64,000 bases of DNA from Thiohalorhabdus sp. (GCF_036628635.1 NZ_JAZKRM010000011.1:3468-67467), one strand, 5' to 3'; numbered from the stretch's first letter, positions 48,455-60,972 are shown. Translations and numbers: made by a program. The notes: generated by a model not told the origin, from the sequence alone.

Positions 48455-50052
48455 GCGCGTTTCTCCTCTCTGGCCGGTTTGAACAGCGCCTTGTAGGCCT
48501 TGCAGTTGGCCGGGGCGTCGAAGTCGGCGAAGCGGGAAGCGAATTGGCCCCGGACGCGCGCTTGATGCTCAAGGAGGTCGTCCACCAGGGCACCCATGGC
48601 CATGAGGGTGTCGGCGCCGGCGCTGCCCTCGGCGGCCATGGCCTCGGCGTCCTCCCGGATCTTGTGGGCGTGCACCTCCAAGTCCTGGAACTCGCCCAGG
48701 TTGTCCAGCAGGGCCTTGATCGCCTTGATCAGGGGCTGCATGTCGCCGCGTGGATAGAGGTCCTGAAAGAACTCCATGAGGTAGCGAAGCTTCTTGCAGC
48801 TCTTGCGCAGCTCGTGGATTTCTTCGTGGGGGCTATCCTCGGTGATGGCCCGGCCCTCCTTGATCACCCGCCGGAACATCTTCCAGATGCGCTCGTCGGC
48901 CACTACCTTGGCCGGTCGCCGGGCGTTGAGGGTGTCCGGGTGGGTGGGTAGGGGACGCTCCAGGAAGGCCCGCCAGTCCTTGAGCAGCTTGCGGAAATGG
49001 GGCGAGGCCAGGCGCTTGGCGAGTATCTGCTGCTCCTCGCGCTGGCGGCGCTCGAGAAAGGCCCGGAAGGGCTCGAGCCCGCCCTGCATGGTCGCCGGCA
49101 CGCGCGCCCGGTAATCGTCAAAGCCGAGCAGGAACACGTCCAGGTCGCGGGTGGGGCCGGTGATCTGACCCAGCCAGCGGAAGCGCTCCTTGAAGTCGGT
49201 CAGCGGATCGGGCGGGAACACGCCCTTGATCTGGGTGAGGGCGGAGCGGGTGCGCCGGGTGGCTACCCGAAGGTCGTGCAGGAACTCGGAGTCCAGATCG
49301 GCGCGGGCGCCCTCCACGTTGGCCTCCAGGGTGTCCAGCAGGTGGCGGTGGATGCGGCGGGCCGCCTCCACCGCCGTTATCTCGGGCTGCAGGCCCACGT
49401 CGATCTTGGAGGAGTAGTCCCCCGGGCGGCGCCCTAGCGCCGTTACGGTCTCCTCCAATAGGCTGCTGTCGGTGGGGCGCACTCCCTCCATCTCTGCCAG
49501 CGCACCGGCCACTGCCTCCCGCTCGCGGTCGTAGCCTTTCACCGCTTGCAGCGTCAGCCGGGGTTTGAGGCCATGCTCCGCGCCGGGACGCCGACCCTTA
49601 TCCGGCGGCACCGGCGTTCCCTCCGGGATGCGGGCGTCGGCCTCCGCCAGGTGCATTTTCACCACGGTCTTGTCGTCCTCGTTGAGCACCGCCAGCCGGC
49701 GGATGGTCCGCGTGACTTCCGCCACCGGCAGCAGGGCGCGGATCTGGGAGGCCTTGAGGACTTCGTCGCGCAGGGGACCCTCGGGGAGATCCTGGGGCCA
49801 GTGGGGCATTGTCGCTACCGGCGTCCAGGCCGTGGTCTCGCCCCCCGCGGTCTCGCGCACCGCCAGCAGCTCGGTGCCGTCGCGGTCGATACGCAGCGGG
49901 CCGCCCTTGGTGGTTAGGCGCCAGTCGTAGGAATCCATGTAGGTGCTTGACGCCTCCCGCACGGGTTCGGCGCGGAGGTTGAAGGGGGAGGGGAGGTGCT
50001 TCCCGATGGCCTCGGTGGAAGGCACGTCCTCCAGCCAGAAACTGCGGGTCAT
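48451..50052 (-). CDS. CHAD-domain protein with an N-terminal ~220-aa region (possibly degenerate CYTH-like)
   Basis: The C-terminal ~300 aa show CHAD helices (LHDLRVATRRTRSAL, IHELRKSCKKLRYLMEFF, LGEFQDLEV). No N-terminal ExExK signature is evident. Confidence 0.8.
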   Translation of the reverse strand: MTRSFWLEDVPSTEAIGKHLPSPFNLRAEPVREASSTYMDSYDWRLTTKGGPLRIDRDGTELLAVRETAGGETTAWTPVATMPHWPQDLPEGPLRDEVLKASQIRALLPVAEVTRTIRRLAVLNEDDKTVVKMHLAEADARIPEGTPVPPDKGRRPGAEHGLKPRLTLQAVKGYDREREAVAGALAEMEGVRPTDSSLLEETVTALGRRPGDYSSKIDVGLQPEITAVEAARRIHRHLLDTLEANVEGARADLDSEFLHDLRVATRRTRSALTQIKGVFPPDPLTDFKERFRWLGQITGPTRDLDVFLLGFDDYRARVPATMQGGLEPFRAFLERRQREEQQILAKRLASPHFRKLLKDWRAFLERPLPTHPDTLNARRPAKVVADERIWKMFRRVIKEGRAITEDSPHEEIHELRKSCKKLRYLMEFFQDLYPRGDMQPLIKAIKALLDNLGEFQDLEVHAHKIREDAEAMAAEGSAGADTLMAMGALVDDLLEHQARVRGQFASRFADFDAPANCKAYKALFKPAREEKRA

Positions 50053-50165
50053 AGGGGAGGAACCCTCGCTTGCGGGCTAGATACTCAGTGTCCCAGATTA
50101 GCACCCGCTGCCCACAGGATTATTACAGGATTGCGAAACGGTGCCGCGAAGGAGCAGCCGCCGGC

Positions 50166-51341
50166 TCAGATCGCCTTGCCCGCAGCGTGGCCCGAGGCCC
50201 ACGCCCACTGGAAGTTGTGGCCGCCCAGGTGGCCGGTGACGTCCACCACCTCGCCGATGAAATACAGCCCCGGGTAGCGCTTGCATTCCAAGGTCTTGGA
50301 GGAGAGCTCGGCGGTGTCCACGCCGCCGAGGGTCACCTCGGCAGTGGGGTAGCCTTCCGTGGCCGCGGGATAGATGGTCCAGCGGTGGATCAGGTCGCCC
50401 GCCTTCGCCAGATCTGCCTGGCTGAGCCGGGCCAGGGAGCCGTCCGGCAGCCACAGCTCGCCCCAGCGCTGGGCGAGGCGTTTGGGCAGGAAGTCGGCGA
50501 GCAGGTTCTTGAGGTGGAGATTGGGATGGTTGGGCCGCGCCGCCGCCACCAACTCTTCCAGGTCGGTGCCGGGCAGCAGGTCGATGGCGACCGCCTCGCC
50601 CTCGGTCCAGTAGGAGCTGGCCTGTAGCACCGCCGGGCCCGACAGCCCCTTGTGGGTGAGCAGCAGGGCCTCGCGGAAGCAGGCGCCGCCGGCGCAGACC
50701 TCGGCGTCCACGGAGATCCCAGCCAGGTCCCCAAGCTGCTTCTGCCTGCGCTTGCCCAGCACGAAAGGCACCAGCGCGGCGCGCGTGGGCTTGATCTGCA
50801 GCCCCAGCCGCTCGGCGAACTCCAGACCGAAGGGGGTGGCGCCCATGCGCGGAATGGACAGGCCCCCGGTGGCGATCACCAGGGAGTCGGCGGTAAACGG
50901 CCCATCGGGGGTGTCGATCCGGTGGGGCGGTCCCACCGCGACATCGGTGACGGTGACGCCGGTGTGGACGTTCACTCCGCCGGCCTGGCACTCGGCCAGA
51001 AGCATTCGGACGATGTCGTAAGCCTTGCGGTCGCAGAACAGTTGGCCGGCCGTCTTCTCGTGGTAGGGAATGCCGTGGCGCTCCACCAGGGCGATGAAGT
51101 CCCACTGGGTGTAGCGGGCCAGGGCGGATTTGGAGAAGTGGGGGTTGGCCGAGATGAAGTGCCCGGGGCCGGAGTCGAGATTGGTGAAGTTGCACCGGCC
51201 GCCGCCGGACATGAGGATCTTCTTGCCCACCCGCCGGGCGTGCTCCACCACCAGCACCGAGCGCCCGCGCTGGCCGGCGGTAGCGGCGGCCATGAGGCCC
51301 GCGGCGCCGGCGCCGATGATGATGACGTCGTAGTGGGTCAC
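50166..51341 (-). CDS. NAD(P)/FAD-dependent oxidoreductase, YhiN/BaiN (HI0933-like) family
   Basis: YDVIIIGAGAAGLMAA, GGGRCNFTN and C-terminal GLYFIGEVVDVTGHLGGHNFQWAWASG. Confidence 0.9.
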   Translation of the reverse strand: MTHYDVIIIGAGAAGLMAAATAGQRGRSVLVVEHARRVGKKILMSGGGRCNFTNLDSGPGHFISANPHFSKSALARYTQWDFIALVERHGIPYHEKTAGQLFCDRKAYDIVRMLLAECQAGGVNVHTGVTVTDVAVGPPHRIDTPDGPFTADSLVIATGGLSIPRMGATPFGLEFAERLGLQIKPTRAALVPFVLGKRRQKQLGDLAGISVDAEVCAGGACFREALLLTHKGLSGPAVLQASSYWTEGEAVAIDLLPGTDLEELVAAARPNHPNLHLKNLLADFLPKRLAQRWGELWLPDGSLARLSQADLAKAGDLIHRWTIYPAATEGYPTAEVTLGGVDTAELSSKTLECKRYPGLYFIGEVVDVTGHLGGHNFQWAWASGHAAGKAI

Positions 51342-51499
51342 GGTTGGCGCGGGTGGTTGTGGATGGCGGCAGGATACCGTACCGCGGCGGCCAGCGTCGC
51401 TGTCAGCTGCCAGGGTTCATTCGCCAAGCGTTGTGGGCTAGCCTCGGCGGGAAGCCTTTTATTCAGCGCCCCCGACCCTGCCCGCCATTGCGAGCCGCC

Positions 51500-53230
51500 A
51501 TGATCCCGATTTCGTCGTTATTGCCCGCACTCCCGGCAGTAGGGTTGGGCCTCGGCCTATTGGCCGCGTCCGCGGCCGCCCTGGCCCGCTGCCCGGAGGC
51601 CGACACTGCCGCTGTCCACGAGGTTGCCGGTCAGGTGGGTGAACAGCTGGCCGTGGGTAGCGAGGTCACGGTGGAGGGCGTGGTCACCGGGGAATTCCTA
51701 GGGGAGGACCGCCTCGATGGCTTCTTTATTCAGGGGCCCGGGCTGGCCCCGGACGGCAAGCCCTCGGGCCTGTTCGTGTACGCCCCGGACCTGGATGGGG
51801 CTGCCGCCGACCGTATCGAGCCGGGACGTCGGCTGCGCCTGCGGGGCCGCACCGGGGCCTTCCACGGCCGGCCTCAGCTGGAGGAGCTGGACGGGATCAA
51901 GGACTGCGGTGACGGCAAGGTGCGAACCGTCAATGTGCGCCTGCCCCTGGATCGGCCCGAGCGTTTCGAGGGCGTGCGGGTCGCCTTGCAGCGGCCACTG
52001 ATGGTAACCGGCAACCACGAGCTGGGGCGCTACGGCACGCTTGAGCTGGCCGCTGGGGGGCGGGCCTTCCAGCCCACCAATTTCCCGGCGGGCGAAGGAC
52101 CCCCGGATTCGGCCCGCCGGCAGCGGCGCCTCTTGCTGGACGACGGTAGCTACAATCGCCAGCCGGAACCGATTCCTTATCTGAACGAGGCCGGCACCCG
52201 CCGGGCGGGTTCCCGAGTAGCGGGACTGATCGGGATCGTGACCAGGGCCTTCGAGGAATGGCGGCTCCATCCCACTGAGCCGCCCGGCTTCCGGGAGGCC
52301 AACCCAAGGCCCGATCCCTTGCGTCCGCCGGGTCCCGACCAGCTGCGAGTTGGTGCCTTCAATCTAGATAATTATTTCCTCGCGGGAGCCGAGCGGGGTG
52401 CGGGGTCAGCACCGGCCCTGCGTCGGCAGCGGGCCAAGCTCCTCGCCGCCTCCGCCCGTTTGGATGCCGATGTCCTCGCCCTCATGGAGATTGCCAACCG
52501 CGATGCCGCCGTGGCGGATTTCGTCAAGCGGTTACGGCGCCATACCGGCGAGCCCTGGCGGCGTCTGGCGGTGGAGGCAACGGAGGGAGCCGAGCTGCGC
52601 GTGGCACTGGCCTACCGCCGCGACCGGGTTTCCCCCACCGGCAACAGCCAGAGGGACAGGCGAGTGGTGCACAACCGGCCGCCAGTGGTGGCGGGCTTCG
52701 AGCCCCACGGGGGCGGAGCCCCCTTCGCCGTGGCGGCGGTGCATTTCAAGTCCAAGGGCGGGTGTCCTGAGGCGGGCGATACCGACCGCGGCCAGGGCTG
52801 CTGGAACCGGCGGCGGACGGAGCAAACCCGGGCTCTTACCGCCTTCCTGAAGGGATGGCGGCGTGAAGGCGGGGCTCCCGCGCTCGTCGCCGGTGATATC
52901 AATGCGTACGGGGGTGAGGATCCGGTGCGGGCTTTGGACGCGGCCGGCTACACCGACCTGATCGCCGAGCGGTTGCCCCCCCGTCGGCGCTACACCTTCG
53001 TCTACCACGGCGAGGCGGGCTACCTGGACCACCTGCACGCCCCCGGCTCGCTGGCCGAGCGGACCACCGCTGTCCATCTGTACCCCATCAACGCCGACGA
53101 GCCGTCCTTCCTGGCCTACGATCGGGGTGGGGAAAAGGACCGGTATTTCGCCCCCGATGCCTTCCGCGCCTCGGACCACGATCCGGTGGTGGTGGACCTC
53201 CTGCGCCGTCCCCCCGACCCTCAGCCCTGA
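51500..53230 (+). CDS. ExeM/NucH-family extracellular nuclease (EEP fold)
   Basis: Signal peptide, OB-like N-terminal part (VTVEGVVTGEF...GFFIQ) and an EEP domain (RVGAFNLDNYF, LALMEI, SDHDPVVVDL). Confidence 0.8.
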   Translation: MIPISSLLPALPAVGLGLGLLAASAAALARCPEADTAAVHEVAGQVGEQLAVGSEVTVEGVVTGEFLGEDRLDGFFIQGPGLAPDGKPSGLFVYAPDLDGAAADRIEPGRRLRLRGRTGAFHGRPQLEELDGIKDCGDGKVRTVNVRLPLDRPERFEGVRVALQRPLMVTGNHELGRYGTLELAAGGRAFQPTNFPAGEGPPDSARRQRRLLLDDGSYNRQPEPIPYLNEAGTRRAGSRVAGLIGIVTRAFEEWRLHPTEPPGFREANPRPDPLRPPGPDQLRVGAFNLDNYFLAGAERGAGSAPALRRQRAKLLAASARLDADVLALMEIANRDAAVADFVKRLRRHTGEPWRRLAVEATEGAELRVALAYRRDRVSPTGNSQRDRRVVHNRPPVVAGFEPHGGGAPFAVAAVHFKSKGGCPEAGDTDRGQGCWNRRRTEQTRALTAFLKGWRREGGAPALVAGDINAYGGEDPVRALDAAGYTDLIAERLPPRRRYTFVYHGEAGYLDHLHAPGSLAERTTAVHLYPINADEPSFLAYDRGGEKDRYFAPDAFRASDHDPVVVDLLRRPPDPQP

Positions 53231-53871
53231 CCCCCCCAGCGGGCCCGTACTGCTGCTCCCAGGCCTAAGAGCAGGGCCAATGCCGCCAGGGGCCCGACCG
53301 TTGCTGGCCGGAACAGTCCATAAGCAGTAGCGGCGGTTACCATCGCTCCCACGGCGTGGGCGAATACGGCGGATTTGAGCCCCAGGCCGATCACGGCTGC
53401 CGCGATATAGGTGGGCAGGGGCAGGCCTAGGAGTCCGCCGCCGTAGTTCATGACCGAGTGGGGGAAGCCGGGCAGGGCGCGCAGGGCGCATTGGGCGAGG
53501 AAACCGCCATTGCGGGCCAGGATACGGAAAGGCGGCGAGCCCTGCAGCCGGTGCCGCCACTCCGCCCCCAGCCATCCGGCCACCCCGTAGCCACCCAGGG
53601 CGCCGCCGACGCTGCCGGCGGTGAGTATGGTCGTGGCGGCAGGCCAGTTGTGGAAAGGGGCCACCGCCCATAGCATCAGGCTTCCGGGCAAAGCCAGCGC
53701 GAACAGCAGGATCTGGAGGGCGATAGCGGCGGCGATGCCGAGTGGCCGGTTGATGGCGTCGTCGGCATAGGCAGCGATGGTACCGGCGGCCAGCGGCCGC
53801 CACCAGGCCAAGAAGACGCCCATCGCGAATAGGGCAAACAGAAGGATCCAGCGGAGGCGGTGACTTCTCAA
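53221..53871 (-). CDS. TVP38/TMEM64 (DedA-related) family membrane protein
   Basis: Polytopic membrane protein containing the FPHSVMNYGGG segment. TTG start. Confidence 0.6.
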   Translation of the reverse strand: MRSHRLRWILLFALFAMGVFLAWWRPLAAGTIAAYADDAINRPLGIAAAIALQILLFALALPGSLMLWAVAPFHNWPAATTILTAGSVGGALGGYGVAGWLGAEWRHRLQGSPPFRILARNGGFLAQCALRALPGFPHSVMNYGGGLLGLPLPTYIAAAVIGLGLKSAVFAHAVGAMVTAATAYGLFRPATVGPLAALALLLGLGAAVRARWGGQG

Positions 53872-53985
53872 ACCGCCGCCTTGGGTAAGGGCTTTCCGCA
53901 GGCTGGGGGGGCGTAAGCGCCTGCGGTATCATTGCCGCCTCTTGAAAGGTCCTTGCTGCTTGCCATTGAAATCACGGAGGAATGC

Positions 53986-54861
53986 ATGCGGAGTGGTAGG
54001 GAAGGCGACTGGCGGTCCCGGCTGGGGCAATGGGTGGAATCACAGCGCATCCAGCGCCTGATCACCGTTTTGATCCTGGTCAACGCCGTGACCCTGGGCC
54101 TGGAAACCTCCGACCGTGCCATGGCGGCTGCCGGTGGTCTTCTGACCGTTCTGGACCGGGCCGTGGTGGCGGTGTTCGTGGTTGAGATCGCGTCCAAGCT
54201 CGTTGCCTTCCGCGCCGGGTTCTGGCGCTCCGGGTGGAACGTCTTCGATTTTGTGGTGGTGGCAGTGTCGGTGATCCCGGCCGGGGAGCAGTTCGCCGTC
54301 CTGCGCGCCCTGAGGGTGCTGCGGGTGCTGCGCCTGACCACCGTGGTACCCCAGATGCGGCAGGTGGTGGGCTCGCTGCTAGGGGCCCTGCCGGGCATGG
54401 CCTCCATTGTGGGCGTCTTGGTGCTGATCTTCTATGTCGCCGGGGTCATGGCCACCAAGCTTTTCGGCGACCGCTTCCCCGACGATTTCGGCAGTATCGC
54501 CATTTCCATGTACACCCTGTTCCAGATCATGACACTGGAGAGCTGGTCCGAGGCCATCGTGCGCCCAGTGATGGAGGTGTACCCCTACGCTTGGCTGTTC
54601 TTTATCCCCTTTATCGTGATCACCGCCTTCGCCGTGCTCAATCTGTTCATGGCCCTGATTGTGGATTCCATGCAGAAGCTGCACGAGGCCGAATGGGAGG
54701 AGGAGCGGGCCGAGATCGAAGATGTGGGCGCGCGTGAGCGCGCCGCCATCGAGGGTGAGGTGGCCGCTCTCAGGGAAGAGGTGCAAGGGCTTCGCCGCGA
54801 TCTGGCCGAGGATGGCGCAGCCGCCGAACCAGATGGCACGGGGGAGCAGGACCCGGGCTGA
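53986..54861 (+). CDS. voltage-gated sodium channel of the NaChBac (BacNaV) type
   Basis: S4 with Arg at every third position (LRALRVLRVLRL), pore/selectivity filter FQIMTLESWS and a C-terminal coiled coil. Confidence 0.85.
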   Translation: MRSGREGDWRSRLGQWVESQRIQRLITVLILVNAVTLGLETSDRAMAAAGGLLTVLDRAVVAVFVVEIASKLVAFRAGFWRSGWNVFDFVVVAVSVIPAGEQFAVLRALRVLRVLRLTTVVPQMRQVVGSLLGALPGMASIVGVLVLIFYVAGVMATKLFGDRFPDDFGSIAISMYTLFQIMTLESWSEAIVRPVMEVYPYAWLFFIPFIVITAFAVLNLFMALIVDSMQKLHEAEWEEERAEIEDVGARERAAIEGEVAALREEVQGLRRDLAEDGAAAEPDGTGEQDPG

Positions 54862-54882
54862 AGACGCTATTCGGGAGGGCCA

Positions 54883-55494
54883 TTAGAAGGCCTCCACTGC
54901 GCCGTCGCCCTGCTCCCGAGTATGTTGCTCGGCCAAGGCGATGGCCACGCCGTGCTCGAAACCGTCCCGCCACAGGGCCACCTCCGCAAGCCGCTCGCCC
55001 CGCTGCCATTCGTGGGTGACCACCTGTTCGCCGTCGCGGAAGGTCTTGGGCACGATCTCGCTTAGGGGGACGGCTGTCCGGTCGGGCTCGCCGAAGCGTC
55101 GCGAAAGGGTCTCTACGGCGAAGAGCGCTTGGTCCCGGATGATCGACGAGACTTCGTTAGTGGAGGCTTCGCGCCGGAAGCGCAGCTCGATCTCTACCAA
55201 CAGGTCGTCCTGGAAGCTGGGCCGGACCCGGACTTCCCGCTTCCCCAGACTGGTGTGGTAAAGGGGGAAGCCTTGGAAATAGCGCCCGGCGATCCGCTGG
55301 AAGCGGTCGTTCTCGGCGAGTGTGGCACGGGCTTCCTCCGGGCTCTGGCCCAGCCGCAGGGAGTAAACCCCCTGGATTTCCGGCGATGCGGGAGCCACGG
55401 CCGGCAATAGCAGCACCAGCACTACCAGTACAGCCAGCCAGCCCTTTCTCTGTTTTCCGGGGCTCAAGCGACCTTCTCCGTCCATTAGCGCCAT
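54883..55494 (-). CDS. hypothetical membrane-anchored protein (203 aa)
   Basis: Met at 55494 followed by a hydrophobic anchor (WLAVLVVLVLLLPAVAPA). The ORF is artificially fused upstream to transporter remnants. Confidence 0.5.
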   Translation of the reverse strand: MALMDGEGRLSPGKQRKGWLAVLVVLVLLLPAVAPASPEIQGVYSLRLGQSPEEARATLAENDRFQRIAGRYFQGFPLYHTSLGKREVRVRPSFQDDLLVEIELRFRREASTNEVSSIIRDQALFAVETLSRRFGEPDRTAVPLSEIVPKTFRDGEQVVTHEWQRGERLAEVALWRDGFEHGVAIALAEQHTREQGDGAVEAF

Positions 55495-56539
55495 ACCGTG
55501 AGTAGAACCGAAAGGGGTAATAGGGCCAAGAAACAGACCGATCAGACCGAAGACCATGGCCCCGCCGATAATGCCGAAAAACACGCCCAAAAAGGGGATG
55601 CGGGTGCCCACGGAGATGACCGTGGGCCGGATCAGATGGTCGATCCAGCTAACCATCACCATGCCCCACAGGAGTGCTCCGATCCCCGCACCCCCATGGC
55701 CCTGAATGACGCGGATCACCCCGGCGGGAATTCAGACCATTGGAGCGCCGAAGGGGATCAGCGCCAGAACGGCCGTGGCCGAGCACAGCAGGGCGGGCAT
55801 GGGCAGCCCCGCCACGGCCTAGGCCACTCCTGCCAGCAGGCCTTGGGCCAGCGCCGTAAAGGATGAGCCCGTAGAGGACGGCGTTAACCGCCGGGGTCAC
55901 CGGTGCCATATAGCTACAAATGCGCGTGCCGCCGAGATAATTCGCTGCCCGCCGGGTCTGGGCCACGATGGCATCGCCGTGAAGGTAGAGGAAGAACACC
56001 GTGAGCAGGGTGATAGCCACCTTGACCAGGTTACGTGCGGTATCCTCGGCGATCCCCTGAAGGAAGCCGCTGGAGCGCTGGGTTAGATCGACCAGTGTGG
56101 TCTGGAGCGCCTCTCGGCTGTCGATCAGGCCCTGAACGTGCTGGGTCAGGGCCTCTCCCACCAGTGGCAAGCGGCCCAGCAGATCCAGTACCGGCATGGC
56201 CCCCTGCCTGCCCAGGTCCTGAAGGGTCTGGACCCCTTGCTGTGCTTCGGCGGCCGGGTTTAGACCGATGCGAACGACCGGACCCAGCACCAGCACGATA
56301 AGTCCCGTGGTCATGACCAAGCTGGTGGCCACCGGCCGCTCGGGAAGATAGCCCCCAGGTGGCGGTACAGCGGTCAGCTGGCATAGACCAGGATAGACGC
56401 CCACAGAATGGGTAGCAGAAAGGGCTCGACCACCCCGTAGGCCCCCCGCCAGGAGGAGTGTCAGGCTGGTGAGGGCGACTATGCGCTGGACAAGGCTCAG
56501 GGGAACGGGATCGTTTGCGCTTGCCACCGAGGTCTCCAT
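55495..56539 (-). pseudogene. AI-2E/PerM (UPF0118) family transporter, multiply disrupted
   Basis: Family-like segments occur in at least three frames. One frame reads ASILVYAS*PLYRHL, with TGA where Trp is expected. The C-terminal helix (GLIGLFLGPI) runs into the next ORF. Confidence 0.7.
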
Positions 56540-56713
56540 GGGGCGCGGCTCCGCTAGGCAGAGAGAGAAGGCTTCTAGGCTAACCCCTTGCCCGGGCCTG
56601 GCAAAGCACTGGTGACAAGCTGGAGCTGGCGGCGGAGGCACCGCCACGGGTTAGGGACCAAGGGGGCCTTCCTAGTAGTTGGCGATGCCAAACCGGCTTC
56701 CGGAGGGCTGGGA

Positions 56714-57524
56714 GAGCCATGCAGTGCCATCGCCTTGGCTGCGCCCGCGGAGCTGCTTCTGGCCACGTTTATGCTTATGGGAGACCTGCTGCCAGGGGCT
56801 TTCGGCAGCCCCTCCGACCGGGGTTGGAAGGGAGGTTTCGAGCCGCTGCGTTACGGAACTAACTGGGGTTAACTGACGGTGGGGGAGACCATGATGCAGG
56901 CCAGTAGCCCCGCGGAGGGACGGGCTGAGCTCTTCTCTGAGACCTGTACCGATGGCCCCGTGAACGGTTTTTATCAGCAGTGGGGCTGTATCCTTTCCCA
57001 CAGTCGGGTTTCCCACACCGGATGGCGGCCTAGAGGTCTTGCGAACCGCTCGGGGCGAATCCTCTGAAACGGATGTCCGTCAGTACCGTCTTTGCGGCAA
57101 TGGTGTCGTCCCCATATGGGACCTCGCTGGGGTAAACAGCGATTGTTTGCCCGTGCCCAAGGGGATCCTGGATGTCTTGACGGTCCTATACGCCCTTCGC
57201 TACGCCGCCCTGGAGCCCATGAGCCGGTTCGGCATGCCCGTTCTTGATGGGGGGCGACATCGGTTGAACGCGGGGGACGAGGCCAAGGAGTCCCTAGAGA
57301 CGGTCCTGGGTCGGACCACAGCCACCCTCCGGGTCCGGACCTATCTGGAGGAAGAGGGTAGCGGCCGTCATCGGTGGCCGATGCGGTTGTGGCTGACCGC
57401 CGATCGCCGCCACTTTCCGGTCCGGTTCGAGGCCCATGCCCCTCTGGGCCGCATCCCCCTCGAGCTGCGTCGGATCCGGACAGACGCCCCTTCCAACCCC
57501 CAGTCCGGGCTTGAGTGGCATTAG
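56714..57524 (+). pseudogene. DUF3108-like protein with an in-frame TAA (56870-56872) and a downstream frameshift
   Basis: FEPLRYGTNWG*LTVGETMMQA continues in the same frame after the TAA. The C-terminal part (DVLTVLYALRY...RLWLTADRRHFPVRFEAHAPLGRI) is in a different frame. The 5' boundary is approximate. Confidence 0.55.
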
Positions 57525-57551
57525 GCCGTTTCCCGGCCGATATGGACAAAG

Positions 57552-58277
57552 CTAGTCGGCCGTAGGTCGCTCCGGACGTTTGGCGTAGGGCCAGGGCTCC
57601 GCCGGCTCGGGCTCGGCCAGGGCGCGGTCCAGCTCCAGCAAAAAGCGTGAGCGGGGGATTTCGACGGCGCCGAAACGGGCTAGGTGGTCCGAGTAGACCT
57701 GGCAGTCGATGAGACGGTAGCCGTGGTCGGCCAAGGTACGCACCCCATGCACGAAAGCTCCCTTGGAAGCATCGGTTACCCGGGTGAACATGGATTCGCC
57801 GAAGAACACCCGGCCTAGCGCCACCCCATAGAGCCCTCCTACCAGATTGCCCGCTTCGTCCCAGGCTTCCACCGAATGGGCCAGCCCGTGGGCGTGCAGC
57901 CGCCGGTAGGCCTGGATCATTTGCGGGTCGAGCCATGTTCCGGCGCCTTCAGGGCCGTCCCCCCGCGGTTCAGCACAGCCGCGAATCACCCCGGCGAAGT
58001 CGGTATCGAAGGTGATCCCCACTGCGGTGCGCTTGAGCCTTTTGCGCAGGCTTCGACCGACGTGGAGCTGTCCCGGATACAGCACCAGACGCGGGTCGGG
58101 ACTCCACCACAGGATGGGCTCGTACTCGTTGTACCAGGGGAAAATGCCCTGCCGGTAGGCCTGAACCAGCCGGCCCACGTTCAGATCGCCGCCGATGGCC
58201 ACGATGCCTTCGGGGCTCGCTGCCTGTTCGGGGTCGGGGAACACGGCAAGGGGATCATTGGCGTTCAGCAGATACAC
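57552..58277 (-). CDS. aat: leucyl/phenylalanyl-tRNA--protein transferase
   Basis: IVAIGGDLNVGRLVQAYRQGIFPWY, WWSPDPR and GGLYGVALGRVFFGESMF. GTG start at 58277. Confidence 0.9.
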   Translation of the reverse strand: MYLLNANDPLAVFPDPEQAASPEGIVAIGGDLNVGRLVQAYRQGIFPWYNEYEPILWWSPDPRLVLYPGQLHVGRSLRKRLKRTAVGITFDTDFAGVIRGCAEPRGDGPEGAGTWLDPQMIQAYRRLHAHGLAHSVEAWDEAGNLVGGLYGVALGRVFFGESMFTRVTDASKGAFVHGVRTLADHGYRLIDCQVYSDHLARFGAVEIPRSRFLLELDRALAEPEPAEPWPYAKRPERPTAD

Positions 58278-58317
58278 GACCGTGTTATCCCTCGCTTGGC
58301 TCCCAGGTAGGGCACAA

Positions 58318-58349
58318 GAAAAAAGGGCCCGGGTACCGGACCCGGGCCC
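58318..58349 (-). terminator. rho-independent terminator after clpA
   Basis: On the minus strand, GGGCCCGGGT-CCGGT-ACCCGGGCCC (10-bp GC stem) is followed by TTTTTTCTT. Confidence 0.8.
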
Positions 58350-58368
58350 ACTGCCTTGGCCGGGTGGT

Positions 58369-60645
<2,277 letters not shown>

Positions 60646-60651
60646 CGCAGC

Positions 60652-60972
60652 CTATTCCTTTTCCATCGTGCACTGGAGGGGGTGCTCGTTGGCGCGCGCG
60701 TAGTCCATGACCTGGTTCACCTTGGTCTCGGCGATGTCGAAGGGATACACGCCACAAACGCCCTTCCCGTGATGGTGGACCTGCAGCATGATCCGGGTGG
60801 CCTTTTCCTGGTCCTTGCCGAAGAAACGCTGCAGGACTTCGACGACAAACTCCATCGGGGTGAAATCGTCATTGAGGAGGATGACCTTGTAAAGAGAGGG
60901 GGGCTGTACCTCCAGCTCCTCCTCGGGCTCTACGGGGTTCGGTGTAACGGTCGATGGCTCATCGCTGCTCAT
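60652..60972 (-). CDS. clpS: ClpS adaptor protein
   Basis: [24 protein letters not shown]...[19 protein letters not shown]. Confidence 0.9.
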   Translation of the reverse strand: MSSDEPSTVTPNPVEPEEELEVQPPSLYKVILLNDDFTPMEFVVEVLQRFFGKDQEKATRIMLQVHHHGKGVCGVYPFDIAETKVNQVMDYARANEHPLQCTMEKE

